A DNA stretch of 56,941 nt, filler included, from Basidiobolus ranarum (taxonomy: Eukaryota): NCBI GenBank assembly GCA_040143965.1. It is 3 parts of 3 records of this genome, joined end to end, with 100 filler letters (N's around TTAATTAATTAA, not from the genome) between each part and the next. Parts side by side here need not be neighbours in the genome. Positions count along the whole stretch, not along the records: positions 38,082 to 56,941 come from JASJQH010007141.1; 2 more parts are not named here. One strand, given 5' to 3'. Positions 38,082 to 52,562 of this stretch are shown here, in pieces. The translations under genes were made by a program, and so were the position numbers. The notes beneath the pieces were generated by a model, which saw nothing but the letters and a program-made list of their open reading frames with translations, searched no databases and was not told the origin of the DNA. Numbering within the stretch: position 1 is the first letter of the stretch; each line of letters begins with the position of its first letter.

Positions 38082-40531
38082 ATTCTGGAACGAGGAATCC
38101 ACATCTTATTCATTCAGAGAGCCTACAGCACTGGTATTAGCCGGACTATGAAGTTAAAGGCCAAAAACGAATTTGAAGCACGTATTTCGATATTCATTAG
38201 TATCTTTTAACGGGAGGTTATATACCATACATCGGTCCTCTAGCCTCATTACTGGCAGGTTTACTAGTAGAGAAGCCGTAAGCTTAATAATGCAGGTACT
38301 TCGGGATGATAAATCCTTGATTACTAGTTCTATTTTAAGGACGAATGGGGAAGTATATCAGTGAAGTGTGACAAATTCATCTGGGTCGTGTAACGTTACA
38401 ACATCAAAGTGATAGAATTCGCCAGTGACATGCAAATTGGACCAAAGTCTGTGTAATTTCAATGAAACCTCTGTCCTAACTGCAATAAATTCGCAAATCT
38501 TCCGATTACTTAACGTCACTCCTGGTTGGTTACGCGTTGTCATGTTATGTAAAGAATGTCAAATGTACTTCGATAACTGCATATAATATTAGAACCAATT
38601 TGAAAATTCCCTGACTCAAACTTTCCTACGCATGAGTGCCATACAGTGCCAACATCCCTGCAACGGTTACTGGTGTATTACGCTTGATTAGCTAAGCCTC
38701 AAAAAGGATCAAACCTGATGAATTTATAGAGAGAATGATAAAAATAGCTTAAACAAATAGATGCATTTAGATGAACTTAAATGTATGTTCTAGTTATTTA
38801 TTTGACTCATTTAATACTACAAGAGGCATCCATATGGACTGCTTGCCTTGAGTCAAATCATGATTGTATGAGATTTCGGAATATTTTGCTTCAAGTCCCC
38901 TCTCCAACTTCGTCGAAGGATCCCTTGTCTTTGGCAAATGGTTGGTAAGCGGAGGAGTTGTAGTTCGTGAACATATGTGGTTAACCTCTTAACTAACTTA
39001 TCCAAGGCAGCTAGCTAGTTTCAGTTACCTCTCTACATTCTACGAAGATCATCAACAGTAAAATGATATGTCGCTATAGGTTTCTGGTCATATTTAGAAT
39101 CTAATAATACTGCTGTCGGACAAAGAGAAACGAGATCTCAAATATGTATTTTGGACCCACGGTAACATGGTCTAGAAAGCACACTAGTTCTAAGTAGATA
39201 TGGTTAGTCATAGTATATACTCTATGATCAATCAATTGTCACATGATTGGCGTTTACTTTGTATCCTTTGGCGTAGAAAAAGCAATCCGAACGGAGAATT
39301 AGGGAAGATGCAAGTTTCTCTTCGTGCTGCAGTTGATGGCATGTTTCACTATAGCAACTGCGTACAATTTATCACATTTTGGTGTGATGTTTACAAATCA
39401 ATCTTCTATACGGATTACGCAGCTTATCCTGCTACTGAAGTATTCGGAAAGCGTACATAATAAAGCTATACTACTTGAGTAAACTATATATTGAATTGAA
39501 CATATGGTGATACAAAACCCTTCAGTATGGTTTTTTTTACCTTAGTTGCCATAACAGCATTTTCTTATTGTAAAAAGACTATTCTTTGCGCTTAGTGTTA
39601 ACTGTTTGATGAAACCTTTTGGAGAATGTAACACATGTGAAATTATATTTTCAAAATAATGATAGACATGCTTTTGTGATACTTGAACAAAAATAGATTC
39701 ACGATTCTATCCTATTCGAATATTTAAGCCGAAGTAAATCATTGACAAGTACTCAAGACTCACAACTGTAGAGCAATGGTAAAGAATTATCCTTATTATC
39801 TTATAACTAGACTGATACTAGAGAGAGTTGCTATTTGGCTTTCAACGTGCTTATAGGTAATGTAAGCCTTTAATATATTTCAGAGCCTAAAAGGGAGTGG
39901 GGTATATAGTGGGAGATGAGCTCCTACACTGAATATACATAAAATGCACTAGATGGCCCTAAATTCAAGCATAGTAGCCAAGAATGCAAAACCCAATCAG
40001 ATACTTTTAATGTCTAATCTGAAGCCCAGCTTGATACTTACACCTGAGATTTCACACCGAATGCATACTTTAAGAACTATATAAGTTGAGAGTAAAGGCC
40101 TTTCAACCTCAATTATTGACGCATGCACATCACACGAGGTGGTTTGACTCGTTGCAAAAAAGCAGTAGTGGGTTCTTTGACTTGAATGCGGGACACTATT
40201 TCGGTATTGTGTTTTAGAATAGAACAATCGGATTCCTATATAAGCTGAGTAAAGTATTTCATGGACTGAATATTCTATAATAAACCATTCCATTTAGTGA
40301 GATCAGTAAAGAATACTTGAATATTTGAATGAGTCACAGGTTAGAAAAAATATTCTTCGATATTTCACATTTGTAGATTTCCAGAAAACCCGGATACTAA
40401 GATTAGCCCAAGTGTACCAACCAACTAATAACATATACGATCACGTTATTATAAATTTCATGTATTAAAAGGGTTCAACGGCAATCAATACTTGCGCAGA
40501 GATAAGTAACAATATAATCTACATAGAAACC

Positions 40532-41157
40532 ATGGGATCTCCAAGAATTGAAATCGAATACTGCACACAATGCCGCTGGGTACTAAGAGCTGGTAGGTGG
40601 ATGTTTTTGCTGTACTACATGATTGACTATCTTTTGGCACCTATGTGCTTTGTAAAGAGAACTTGATCGCGGTTATTGAAGCGTAATGTATATATAGGTT
40701 GGGTGGCTCAAGAGTTATTGGTTACCTTTGGACAGGCTATTGGTGAAGTGGCTTTAATCCCCGGTAACAGCGGTGTATTTCAAGTACGAGTTGATGGAGG
40801 TAAGTACTGACTTCAAAAGAGAAAATATCACCAGTGTTCTTACAGATTTTGCACTATTACAAGAAACCATATGGGATCGTAAACTCAATGGAGGTTTCCC
40901 TGAGCTTAAAGATTTGGTAATTTTCTTTCTTTGAAACGTTATAGAGATCCACATTTGTCTCATATTTGATTCGTTTATAGAAGCAACTGGTTAGGGATAA
41001 AGTTGCCCCGGAGATGGCTTTAGGCCATAGTGATTCAAAAGCTAAGCAAGAGAGCAAAAAGCTTGAAGAAAGTACTACTACATGTCCTGCACCTACCTCA
41101 GCATTGCCAGAAAATTGCGAAACTTGTACCACCAATGAAGTTAAAGTTTCCAAATAG
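40532..41157 (+). CDS. Rdx (SelW/SelT/SelH)-family thioredoxin-like protein, Cys form, 4 exons; absent from the ORF track
   Basis: Spliced MGSPRIEIEYCTQCRWVLRAGWVAQELLVTF...EVALIPGNSGVFQVRVDG...IWDRKLNGGFPELKDLKQLVRDKVAPEMALGHSD. Confidence 0.92.
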
Positions 41158-42402
41158 TGTTCTGAGGCTTTGAGTTAAATAAAAACACGTACTTTCGCTT
41201 GCGTAATTAAGATATAATCGTACGTAAAAGGGGGTTTCCTTCCAAGTTTTTATGATATGTATTGACAAGACCAGATATATCGATTATGATGATGTATCTT
41301 TATGATCAACTCACCTAACTCAAGAATGAAGGCTAAGTCCCTGAAGTATATATTAAAAAGAAATGAGCTTCACATTCATTCTCGCTAAATGCTATATGTA
41401 GTTTGATTACATAATGGTTAATAATCAGTATTATCGATGAAATCAACCCTGACCAAAGTCCTCGGATTTCTAATAATGGAACATCTCCGAAGATTCAATC
41501 GTGTCTTTAGGCACCAACCACTGGTATACTCAATAATAGTTACATTTTGTACTTCGTAGTAATTTCAGCAGCTTAGTTACTTTAGATATGATTGAATCAG
41601 TTTCGTATGCGCTAGTGACCTTTATTGATATTCGAGTTATCGGGAATAGTAGGTACGAGATATGGAAGGAGAGTTATAACTTTATAAGTGGGACTGTTTA
41701 TGGATACATCAAAATATGTCTATATGGCAATTGGGTTCCGTACAAGGCTAAGTGGCAACCGTTTATATCTTCAATACGTGGCATATTTGGAAACCACAGA
41801 TGAACGGGTGGGAGATAAGAGCGACCGGCAAGCCGTTCCGCAGATAGTCTTTTCTGGTGAGTGTGAACTTGGATATATATTAAACACGTGGTTATTGCCT
41901 TCACTAACTTGGCAATCAGATATTCTCACAATGCAAATGAATGAACGTCGCTTCAGATGGGATTTGAGAGTTGATTTATAATTATGAATTTGCCTTTTCA
42001 AGCCATCTTAGTCCGCCTTATTTCCACTATAGAAGCTCCACTGAATAAATTAGTGTTTCTTCAAACAAATCGAGGGGCACAAATTATTGTTCAGAGATAT
42101 CTGATTTACTCCTAGATAGCATAAAACATACATGTATCTTGGATGTAAAAGTGATACAGATGGTTGGCACAGATGGAGAGGTAGTAGGTAATACATATGT
42201 TGGATATGTCCATTGAATCCTTTGCAATAGCTCTTAAGTTATATACATTAGTAGTTCTGACCGTTACTTTATATTACGACGGATCACAAATCGTTGGTAT
42301 CGATTATCGGTGATGTTCAAAATATCTCCAAATACAGGTGGCAAACAGTGTGAATTGGGTAAAGTGACTGGAAGGGTAAGGGATATGGGATCTCTAAGTC
42401 GG

Positions 42403-43665
42403 TCAATATTTAAGAATCTTCTGGATGCGATTTAGCTTAACTTTAAGTTGATGACGAACGTCTTCAGTGCATCCATACAATATTGCATTGGCTGCACCAA
42501 TGAATACTTTGACAAGTAGTAAATATTCAAGGTTTGGCGATGTATAGCCCAACATCTGAAGGATACGGTAGACTATAAGAGGACACCACAGAATAATATA
42601 AACAATCGGATACAAGGACATTAACCGCATTGTCTTTAACAACTTTTTGGCTGACGAGGTTGTGTTTGTAACAATATTAATTTTTGAGCGATTGATAGCA
42701 GGGCACATTAATGTTGAAGCCTCTTTGGGTGGTGGGGAGTAGAAATATTCATTCTGACTTTTGGTATCTATTGCATCAGGGCTGTAAGAGGCTTGCGGTG
42801 ATGCTATGATTCCCAGCTCAGTTGGAGCTGAAGAAGAGTTATATGTATCTTCGGTATTTCCATCACATATTTCATCTGTTATGCACGCAAAGCTGTCTTC
42901 CATTGAACGTAAAAAGCTTTGGGCATGATTAAGATGTACGAACAGGAATGAATATAGCACACTAATGGCGAGAAAGATGAGAACTTGTATACCACTTCCA
43001 AAAACCAATCGCACCCATTCTGGTTCGGAGGAAATCCAGCACCACGTTTCACTAACTATCAGAGTTTGTCAGTTCAAGTTCAACAATTAGTCAACAGTAG
43101 TGTATAGTACCTTGCGAGAACATGTTATTGACCGCCAAAATAGTTGTCAAGAGCACAGGGTAAGTCCATATGGCTACAAATACAAAAACTCGGTTTTGTT
43201 GTAATCTAGAAGTATTTTGAAGCCAGGGTAGCGGATTTCTGAGGCAGACAAAAGTTACCAGCGCAATGCCTAGAATTGTGAAATCGGAACCCTGTTGAAA
43301 TTATTACACTATCCATTGTCGCCAAGTGAAGTGATAAGTACCTCTGATGTCAGCGTCTCTATGAGTCCATTGATCTTGCAGTACGTAGTAGGAAGACCAG
43401 TATAGTAGATACTCAAAAGTGACGATACGAATTCATTCCCATACGCAACGAAATCTATCATACAACAAAATCAAAGCAGGTGCGTTAATGTGTGTACCCA
43501 TTTGTTTGATGCACTAGGTTAGGATATGTTACCCGTTAACAAGAGACTGACAACCAGCATGTGCCTTAAACTTCGGGTTGGAGACGCGAGAAGTAACGCG
43601 ATTAAACAGCTGAAGCAACTAATTCCACTTCCAAATAAAGAAACCCCTGTAAACGTATTCAGCAT
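42403..43665 (-). CDS. G-protein-coupled receptor, Git3/cAMP-receptor-like, 4 exons
   Basis: TM1 from ATG 43665; RSLRHMLVVSLLLTDF; YCKINGL; TWCWIS; long ICL3; LYPIVYIILWCP; GAANAILYG. Confidence 0.82.
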
Positions 43666-44641
43666 CGCGCACTTAAGGCAAGCCAAAAGAAACTCCTGGC
43701 TCAGAAGACGAATAGCGACTTCTTATAGACATACATAGAGTACTCCAGTTGCTAGGTACTAAAAATGTAGCACAAAACCAGAGTTACATGTATCTAATAC
43801 GACCGCTTTGTTCGTCTGTGCATCCCTCTGTCTCATTCGTCGGCCAATTTATCTTAAGGATAAGAGGTTATTTGGTGCAACTCTTCATATCGTTGCAATT
43901 GTATCAGTAGAGATAGTTGCCATTAAGAAGTTGTTCAGAAACATCTTTCTCGCTGATTCATGTACCAGTTTCCAACTTGCTTTAAGAATGAATGCCTCTG
44001 ATCAGGATTTATACCACTGATATGGGTTAGTCATTTAATACGGAAACCTTAGCCTTTTCAGGAGTGTGGTGAACTTCAGCCAGTATCCACACTCAGTAAA
44101 CCCTTAACATGATAGGCCGATTTCAACGGCATGCGAAATTCTCCATTCAAAGATTTCCTTTTGCCTAGATATGGCTAGATTTCATATTAATCAATCGTGA
44201 AGCATGACGACTTCGGAGGTTACAAACTACCATTGCTGGAAAATTTTGCCACTGAACGAGGATTCATCGGGTGATTAGAACACTACTCTCACGAATGATC
44301 GTATCATGTGCAATTTGGCTTATTCTTGATTCCCGAATTTTCGTGGTCAAAGGCAAGACCATCCGCTCCAGGAATCAAGTGACGACAAGCATTGTTTCCC
44401 TCCGTAACAGACCAAGTAGCTTGATCGTCTATTGATGCTAGTGTTTCCCTAAACTGATAATGATACCCAGGGTTATAGGCATCTGTATTCCCAACGATGA
44501 CCAAAAGGCCAGAACAACTTGACCCCATCAAAAAGGTGATGTGGGGATTACTACATTTCATCTTAAAATCAAGGACAATGGTGGGCATATCTATAGGCAA
44601 GAAGCTAGATTCTGAACAAAACGAAAGCTCTGAGTATTTAT

Positions 44642-47600
44642 TTATGTTTGATAACGGTAGGTACGTCCAATTTCTTCCAGATTTTTAGTCCTTAGTGCGG
44701 TGTCAGCAAATATGGCTCGGATTAGATTTTCTAACTCGTTAGGTTTAAATTCGTCCAGTTGACCAGTTCTAAACCGCTCCATGATTTCTGCAAAGCTAAG
44801 TTCCAGAAGTTCTATCTGCTTATGGTATTTGGACCAGTGAGGGACATATGTTGCCAATGCATCCTAAAATAGAATATTCGTGGTTTTATAAGTGTTAGCA
44901 TAATGCAGCAAGTAAAGTGTAATAAACAAGTCTCACTTGAACATTTATCCCGTCGTAAGCTACGAGCTGGTCACAAGCTGTTAAGATAGTGCTTAGCTTA
45001 TATAAGTGATGTGACTCTTCTTCCGAAATATCTCCAAGATCTTGAATCTCCTGAATGCATCGTGCTACTACAGTATCTAGAAGCAGCCCAATGGCTTTCA
45101 AAGCCAAGTGTGATGGAAGAACAGGCTAGACAGAAATAAATGAACGGTTAACGTTATACAGCTTGGAATCTGCATCAGAGATCTATGTGTACCTTCCAGA
45201 TCTTAGAGAGTTGATTTAGACTGTAGACGATTTGGTTCAATGTGCTTTCAATCTGATGGTATTTACTTTCCAATGTAGCGTCATGAAAGCCACCCAACGA
45301 ACTGATCGTATCGATAAGAGAGTTTCGTTGACTCCTCTGAATACAAATCCGGTTATTCCCAGCATTCTTATAGACAAATGATGTGCAAGGAAATGAGATT
45401 CATACCAATTGAATGTTGAAATATTTTTCACCAAGATTTCTAAATTCAGGCACCATATCCACAAATGTGATATAACTTGGGTTCGTACTGTTCTTGACCA
45501 ATTTGGAAAACTGATATCCTAGAGTTTGAAGGTGATGCATAATATACATGCAGTCGTTATGAAATAGCATCCCCAAGGCAGGAACATTCTCATAGATATG
45601 CTGATAATGCGCGGGCATTATAGCTTTGTACAAGTCGAACATGTCCCGAACCGATTCGTATAAAGAAGAAGCACTATCAATACATCTAGGTTAAGATCCA
45701 ATACTACAATATGCATGTTCGTTTGTTCTTACCAAAATTCGTTTAATTCTTTAGCTTCCTCTAGACTTTGATATGCTAAGTTGACAATCGACTGAGTGGG
45801 TTTTGTTATGGAGCAAGCCGGGAATAAAAACATATCGTCGAGATGTAGCTCCTCTACTTGAGAAATAAAAGAATTTTTCGAGAGTGCCGATTGAATAGCT
45901 TCTGGTAGTTCACTCTCCTCCAGATTGACTACATTAATATTAACCAAGAGTTAGCTTGAGATACACAACTATGTTTTCTTGATCAAGCTCATACATGAGT
46001 CGGGCGAATCCGCAATTTCTACTGTGGAAAAGTCCTCTGCAATCATTAGAGTACGTGCCGTTTCGAGTAGGTTCTCGCGTAGTCTCTCTGAAAAGTGGAT
46101 ATCGATATCATCAACATATTTAGTCAACAAAGCAAACTCCCTCTCAACAAATCCTAAAGAGTCCAGTTGTGTTAGTCATTGAATTTAGCTTAAGAGCAAG
46201 AAGTATGTATACCTAAGGTATGTAATCTTTCTTCAAATTTTTTGGCCTTGTCTCCTATTTTTGCAAATGAATCGAGCTCGCTAAGACGACTTGGAAGTGC
46301 TGGCGAAAGATATCCAGAAATAATCTCCTGGCATATTTCCGGAAGAAGTTTACCGATATTTTTAACCATATAAAGGGGATTATTCGAATTGATTGTCACA
46401 TTTTGTGATTCGCTGTCCTCTTTGACATTGCACACATGAAGAGCCACAAAATCGAAAACTTCGGTAAGGTTATCAAAATACTGCCCTATAGTAGAAATTT
46501 GTGAGTCATTCAAATGTATATAGTAACAACAAAGCGCATAGTTAACCTTCATTAGCTTCATTGTCCATTTCACGGTAAGTCAATCTAGCACTATCGAACG
46601 TCTTCTCCACATTAATTAAAGAGTCTGGATGCTTTGAAAATGGTCGCAATATATGCTTCAGAAACGAGCGCTTAAACACATTCACACTTTTATCTAAAAT
46701 CCCCAGTGTTCTCATAATGTCAATCACTTCACCAAGCGATATATTCAATTTCTGGCCATTTTGAGATGTAACTTGGTATGGAAAACGTTAGCTATGTCAT
46801 TTATCTCTAGCCTCCTTCTTAAAAAAAGTATGTGTAGTACCTATCAATGTTGATCGTGTTTGTATGTCATGGCCTCCTTCTACACGCACAAACGATATAG
46901 CTTCACTAAATAAATCCTCCAGTTGTACGATCATATTGCGCTGCATATCTACATGTTTCTCCTGAGAAGAAAATATCAATACACATTCAATTTAATGAAC
47001 TAGATATCAAAACAACGTCTTTACCGAGACAAGTTTGAAAATAGTTGTGTCTTTACGCAGTTGATCAGAAGCAAGTAATTTTTCCTAAAATATGAATTAG
47101 CATGAGTTTGTGAACTTTAACATATGAAATCTGAAACACCAACCAGTTTCTTTAACAGCTCCGAAGCCAAAGAGAAATCTTTCATTTCAACAGCCTTTTC
47201 GAAGTTTGTCAAGCTATCCTCTACCTATAACTCTTGAATTAATATTTGGTCTGCAGTTTCGTGTTTAATAGTAAGATTTTCGATCTTCCTTTCTCCTGAA
47301 CTTAAACTTACAGGAATTAGTTGTTGTAACGCACAAATGTACTGCTTATTGAATTCGACTTCTTTTGCTAACTCTAGTTCCTCTTGTAAAGTTACCGCCA
47401 GATTATCCTCAACCTCAAGCTAACAAATAACCAAGTTAGAAATATGAAAATGGCCTCTTATTTCTCCTTCGCCAAAGTATATGTAAAGTATTTTACCTCT
47501 TGTTTGTTTACTTTCTCCTGCACCTCTTCTACTTTCTTCAAGAAACTCTCCACTCGACTCTTTATACCTAAAGAGGTCTTCCTTACATTTTCGAACTCAA

Positions 47601-47889
47601 CATTACGTTCAGAAATGAGCTGATCCAATTCACTCTGAGAAACATAAGCATTAATATACTTCTCTAAACCGATATTAAGGTATCTCAGTGAGGGATGCTC
47701 TAATAACATATGTACCTTTGCAGAGATGGCATCTTTCTGAGTTTTCTGCAAACAATCGGAAATCAAGGTTCTTTCAAGTCCTTCGTTCAACAATTCAGCA
47801 AATTTATTCTCCTCTCGGAAATATTCTTCTTCCTTGTTTCCGGAAGACAGAGTGAAAACCACGTTTGTTACTGTTTCTACGTTAGGCAT
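44642..47889 (-). CDS. ZW10: ZW10/Dsl1 kinetochore and ER tethering protein, multi-exon
   Basis: FLFPACSITKP, VRDMFDLY, MLFHNDCMYIMHHL, TFVDMVPEFRNLGE, DISEEES, ELENLIRAIFADTALR. Confidence 0.9.
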
Positions 47890-48458
47890 ATTCAACAAAT
47901 AAACTACGTAAAAGAAAGTAAGTTATCTTAGTGGCGTTCTCACAATAAATGATAAGACGATCAGTCATGGATTTTTTGAATTATACAGGTGTGTATCGTC
48001 ACCAACTAGCAAATCAATTCACGAGCTTAACGTTTAGCATGGAACTGATAAAATGTTTAAATATCTGATTATAATCCATTTTTTACTCGCATAATGGAGA
48101 TGGAATTTAAGCACGTTCAAAATTAACTACGAATGATTGGATAAAGATATCATTCTATTGGCATAATCAAAACATTCAATCTGTTGACCCTGATTGGAGG
48201 GGAAGATGTTTCATTTAACGTATTTCCAAAGCCTAATTTTATGAGTAAAAGTCACTTTGAATTTAAGATCTTTAATGAGATTAACGATTATGATGAATAG
48301 AAATATAAAACAGGACTGGGTTCAGTTTGAAATTTCACTTTTGGTAGAGATTGATGAGTAATTGTATATACATTTGCTTATGTACAAGAAATACTGAGAG
48401 CCAAGTTGAATTCCAAAATTTAAAAGCCGTTCAGCTACTTGCTTATTGTATAGAGCTG

Positions 48459-50584
<2,126 letters not shown>

Positions 50585-52562
50585 TTTAAAGCAATTTCTT
50601 ATGGAAACAAGCACTCTGGAGATATGAGCTAATATCCAAACCAAAACGGTATAGAATTAAAAGAAACCAACTAGACTGAAAATTATTGAAAGACGTTATA
50701 CTGAATAAAAGAGAGAAAACAAATTAAGGTGTTTGCTCAGAAATCCAGTAGACCAGAGTTTGGCTATAAGTCAGCTAGGATTTGCTGAACATAATACCGA
50801 AATCTGTCGGAACTAGCTCACCAAAGATCTGAATTCTACCACCATATTACTTTGTATAGCATGGATACTAAAGTAATATTAGGAAAGAAATGAAACATCT
50901 GCAAGACTGAAAATTTCAGGATCACTGATCGAAGAACTCAATCGATATCAAACGAATCGATGTGACGCTCCAAAAAGATCTGTTGCCATTTGCCAAGATG
51001 TTCAAATTTACTCAAGATAATCAAATGTTGGCCAATATAGGCACCATCGATTCAGCTCTAGACAGAAATGAAGATTCGGAGCATTAACCGATATAGGCAT
51101 CAGAAATGCCCCAATGGCTCAGAATCACTAGGATATTGAGTAAATAACTGTTTGCATAAGAAAACCGGAATAGCTCGTTTGGCTTTGCTCAGTGCATTTG
51201 TTTACAAATCTGGTTATCGATGCACAAAGGTAGCGGCTCTTAAAGCGTATTTGGGACTGGTTTGCACCTGAGACATCGACGCATCAGCTAATAACTGTTC
51301 CCATGTATATTGTGCATTTTTCAGTAACCTGTGGCACACGTGTGAAGAAGGCAGCAACGCTAGGTGCTCAACTGAGAGTATCGTATAGAACGTTAGAACT
51401 GGCCCACGATTCCATCGGATTGTTCGCCATACAACTCGAACTTGCCATGAATGCTCTCCCCCATCAAGCCTGTAGCTTAAAAGCCACTTGTACATGCAAA
51501 TACCGTCAGTCCCACATGTTTGCCGGCATCTGAAGTATCATGCTGATTTGAGATCAATATTAGGGCTAGGCTGTTTCACCAACTGTAAAGGATCACATAT
51601 ATGTGCTGGTAATGAACAATATCGCAAATAAACAATGGCGATTCTGATTCTGTCTACAATTAATTTCTGCTTTTGGGAGATATTGGCAGTTTTCTAGAGT
51701 GGTTACTGGTAATGAGACGACTGACTGATGAAACTTTGTACGAAGTACGACGTCATAGCACAAATGTTAATATACCTAGTTCACCTTTCGATGGAAAATT
51801 ATGGATTTTGGATAGATTACGTAGTGCCGACCCATATTAGTGTCATCGGTAATAGTCCACCAAGCGTATCGGTTGATGGTCACTAAGCAGAATGATTTAA
51901 TCGTCGTCACAACCTCGCTGGTAATCAGGTTTTGATCCTATTTCTTCTCTATGCCATTTGCAATAGCCTAATTTTCCACCACTTCCATGCATATCACGTG
52001 ACCTCTCCAAAAGGAAGTCTCTCAATGTTTACATCTATCGTGAATTAAAGCTAAGCCTCGGTATATTGCACTGGACATTGTGTGTTTAACGTATTCATCT
52101 CATCTTAATCTGACAAAATATCATGATTAGTTCGCTGACAACTCAGGGAGCTTCGCTTGTAATTCATGTCCATTACTCGTCTGGTCGTTAGCATGCTCTC
52201 AAATGGTCTCCAGAGAAAGATGCTTTTTATTTAGGAATTCGAGCATCAATTGAGCTTAAACGCTCATTTTTAGAGTTGAACCTTCGCAAAAGACCTTCCT
52301 TGCTTACCATGCTTCAGGCCTAAATGACTTCTGAATGTTCACTAAGTGTGGGAGAATTCGGAGAAACTGAACAACCATAACAAATCAATGATCCCAATCA
52401 CGTGTTTAGAAAGTCAACCAAGTAGTACAATTCCAATATTGCTAACATCTAAGCTTGTGACTCTCATACTAATAGATCAAATGTGGCAAGAATATTGTCA
52501 TAATAAAACTCGTAGCTTCATACTTTCTTCCCTTTCAATTTTCTACGGCTACTACTAAGATC

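Noticed and set aside
40559-40576. Possible selenocysteine in the Rdx active site
   Set aside because: Both codons are TGC and there is no in-frame TGA.
43521-43527. ATATCCT on the minus strand in the GPCR gene, a possible second U12 donor
   Set aside because: It lies inside an intron whose GT donor and AG acceptor already join in frame.
51214-51533. Opposing short ORFs in a slightly GC-richer patch between the RSPRY1-like gene and PDK
   Set aside because: No recognisable domain, splice structure, terminal repeats or RNA fold.
51715-51765. CTGATGA followed by a short hairpin, hammerhead-ribozyme-like
   Set aside because: No GAAA after the putative stem II and no stem I/III pairing.
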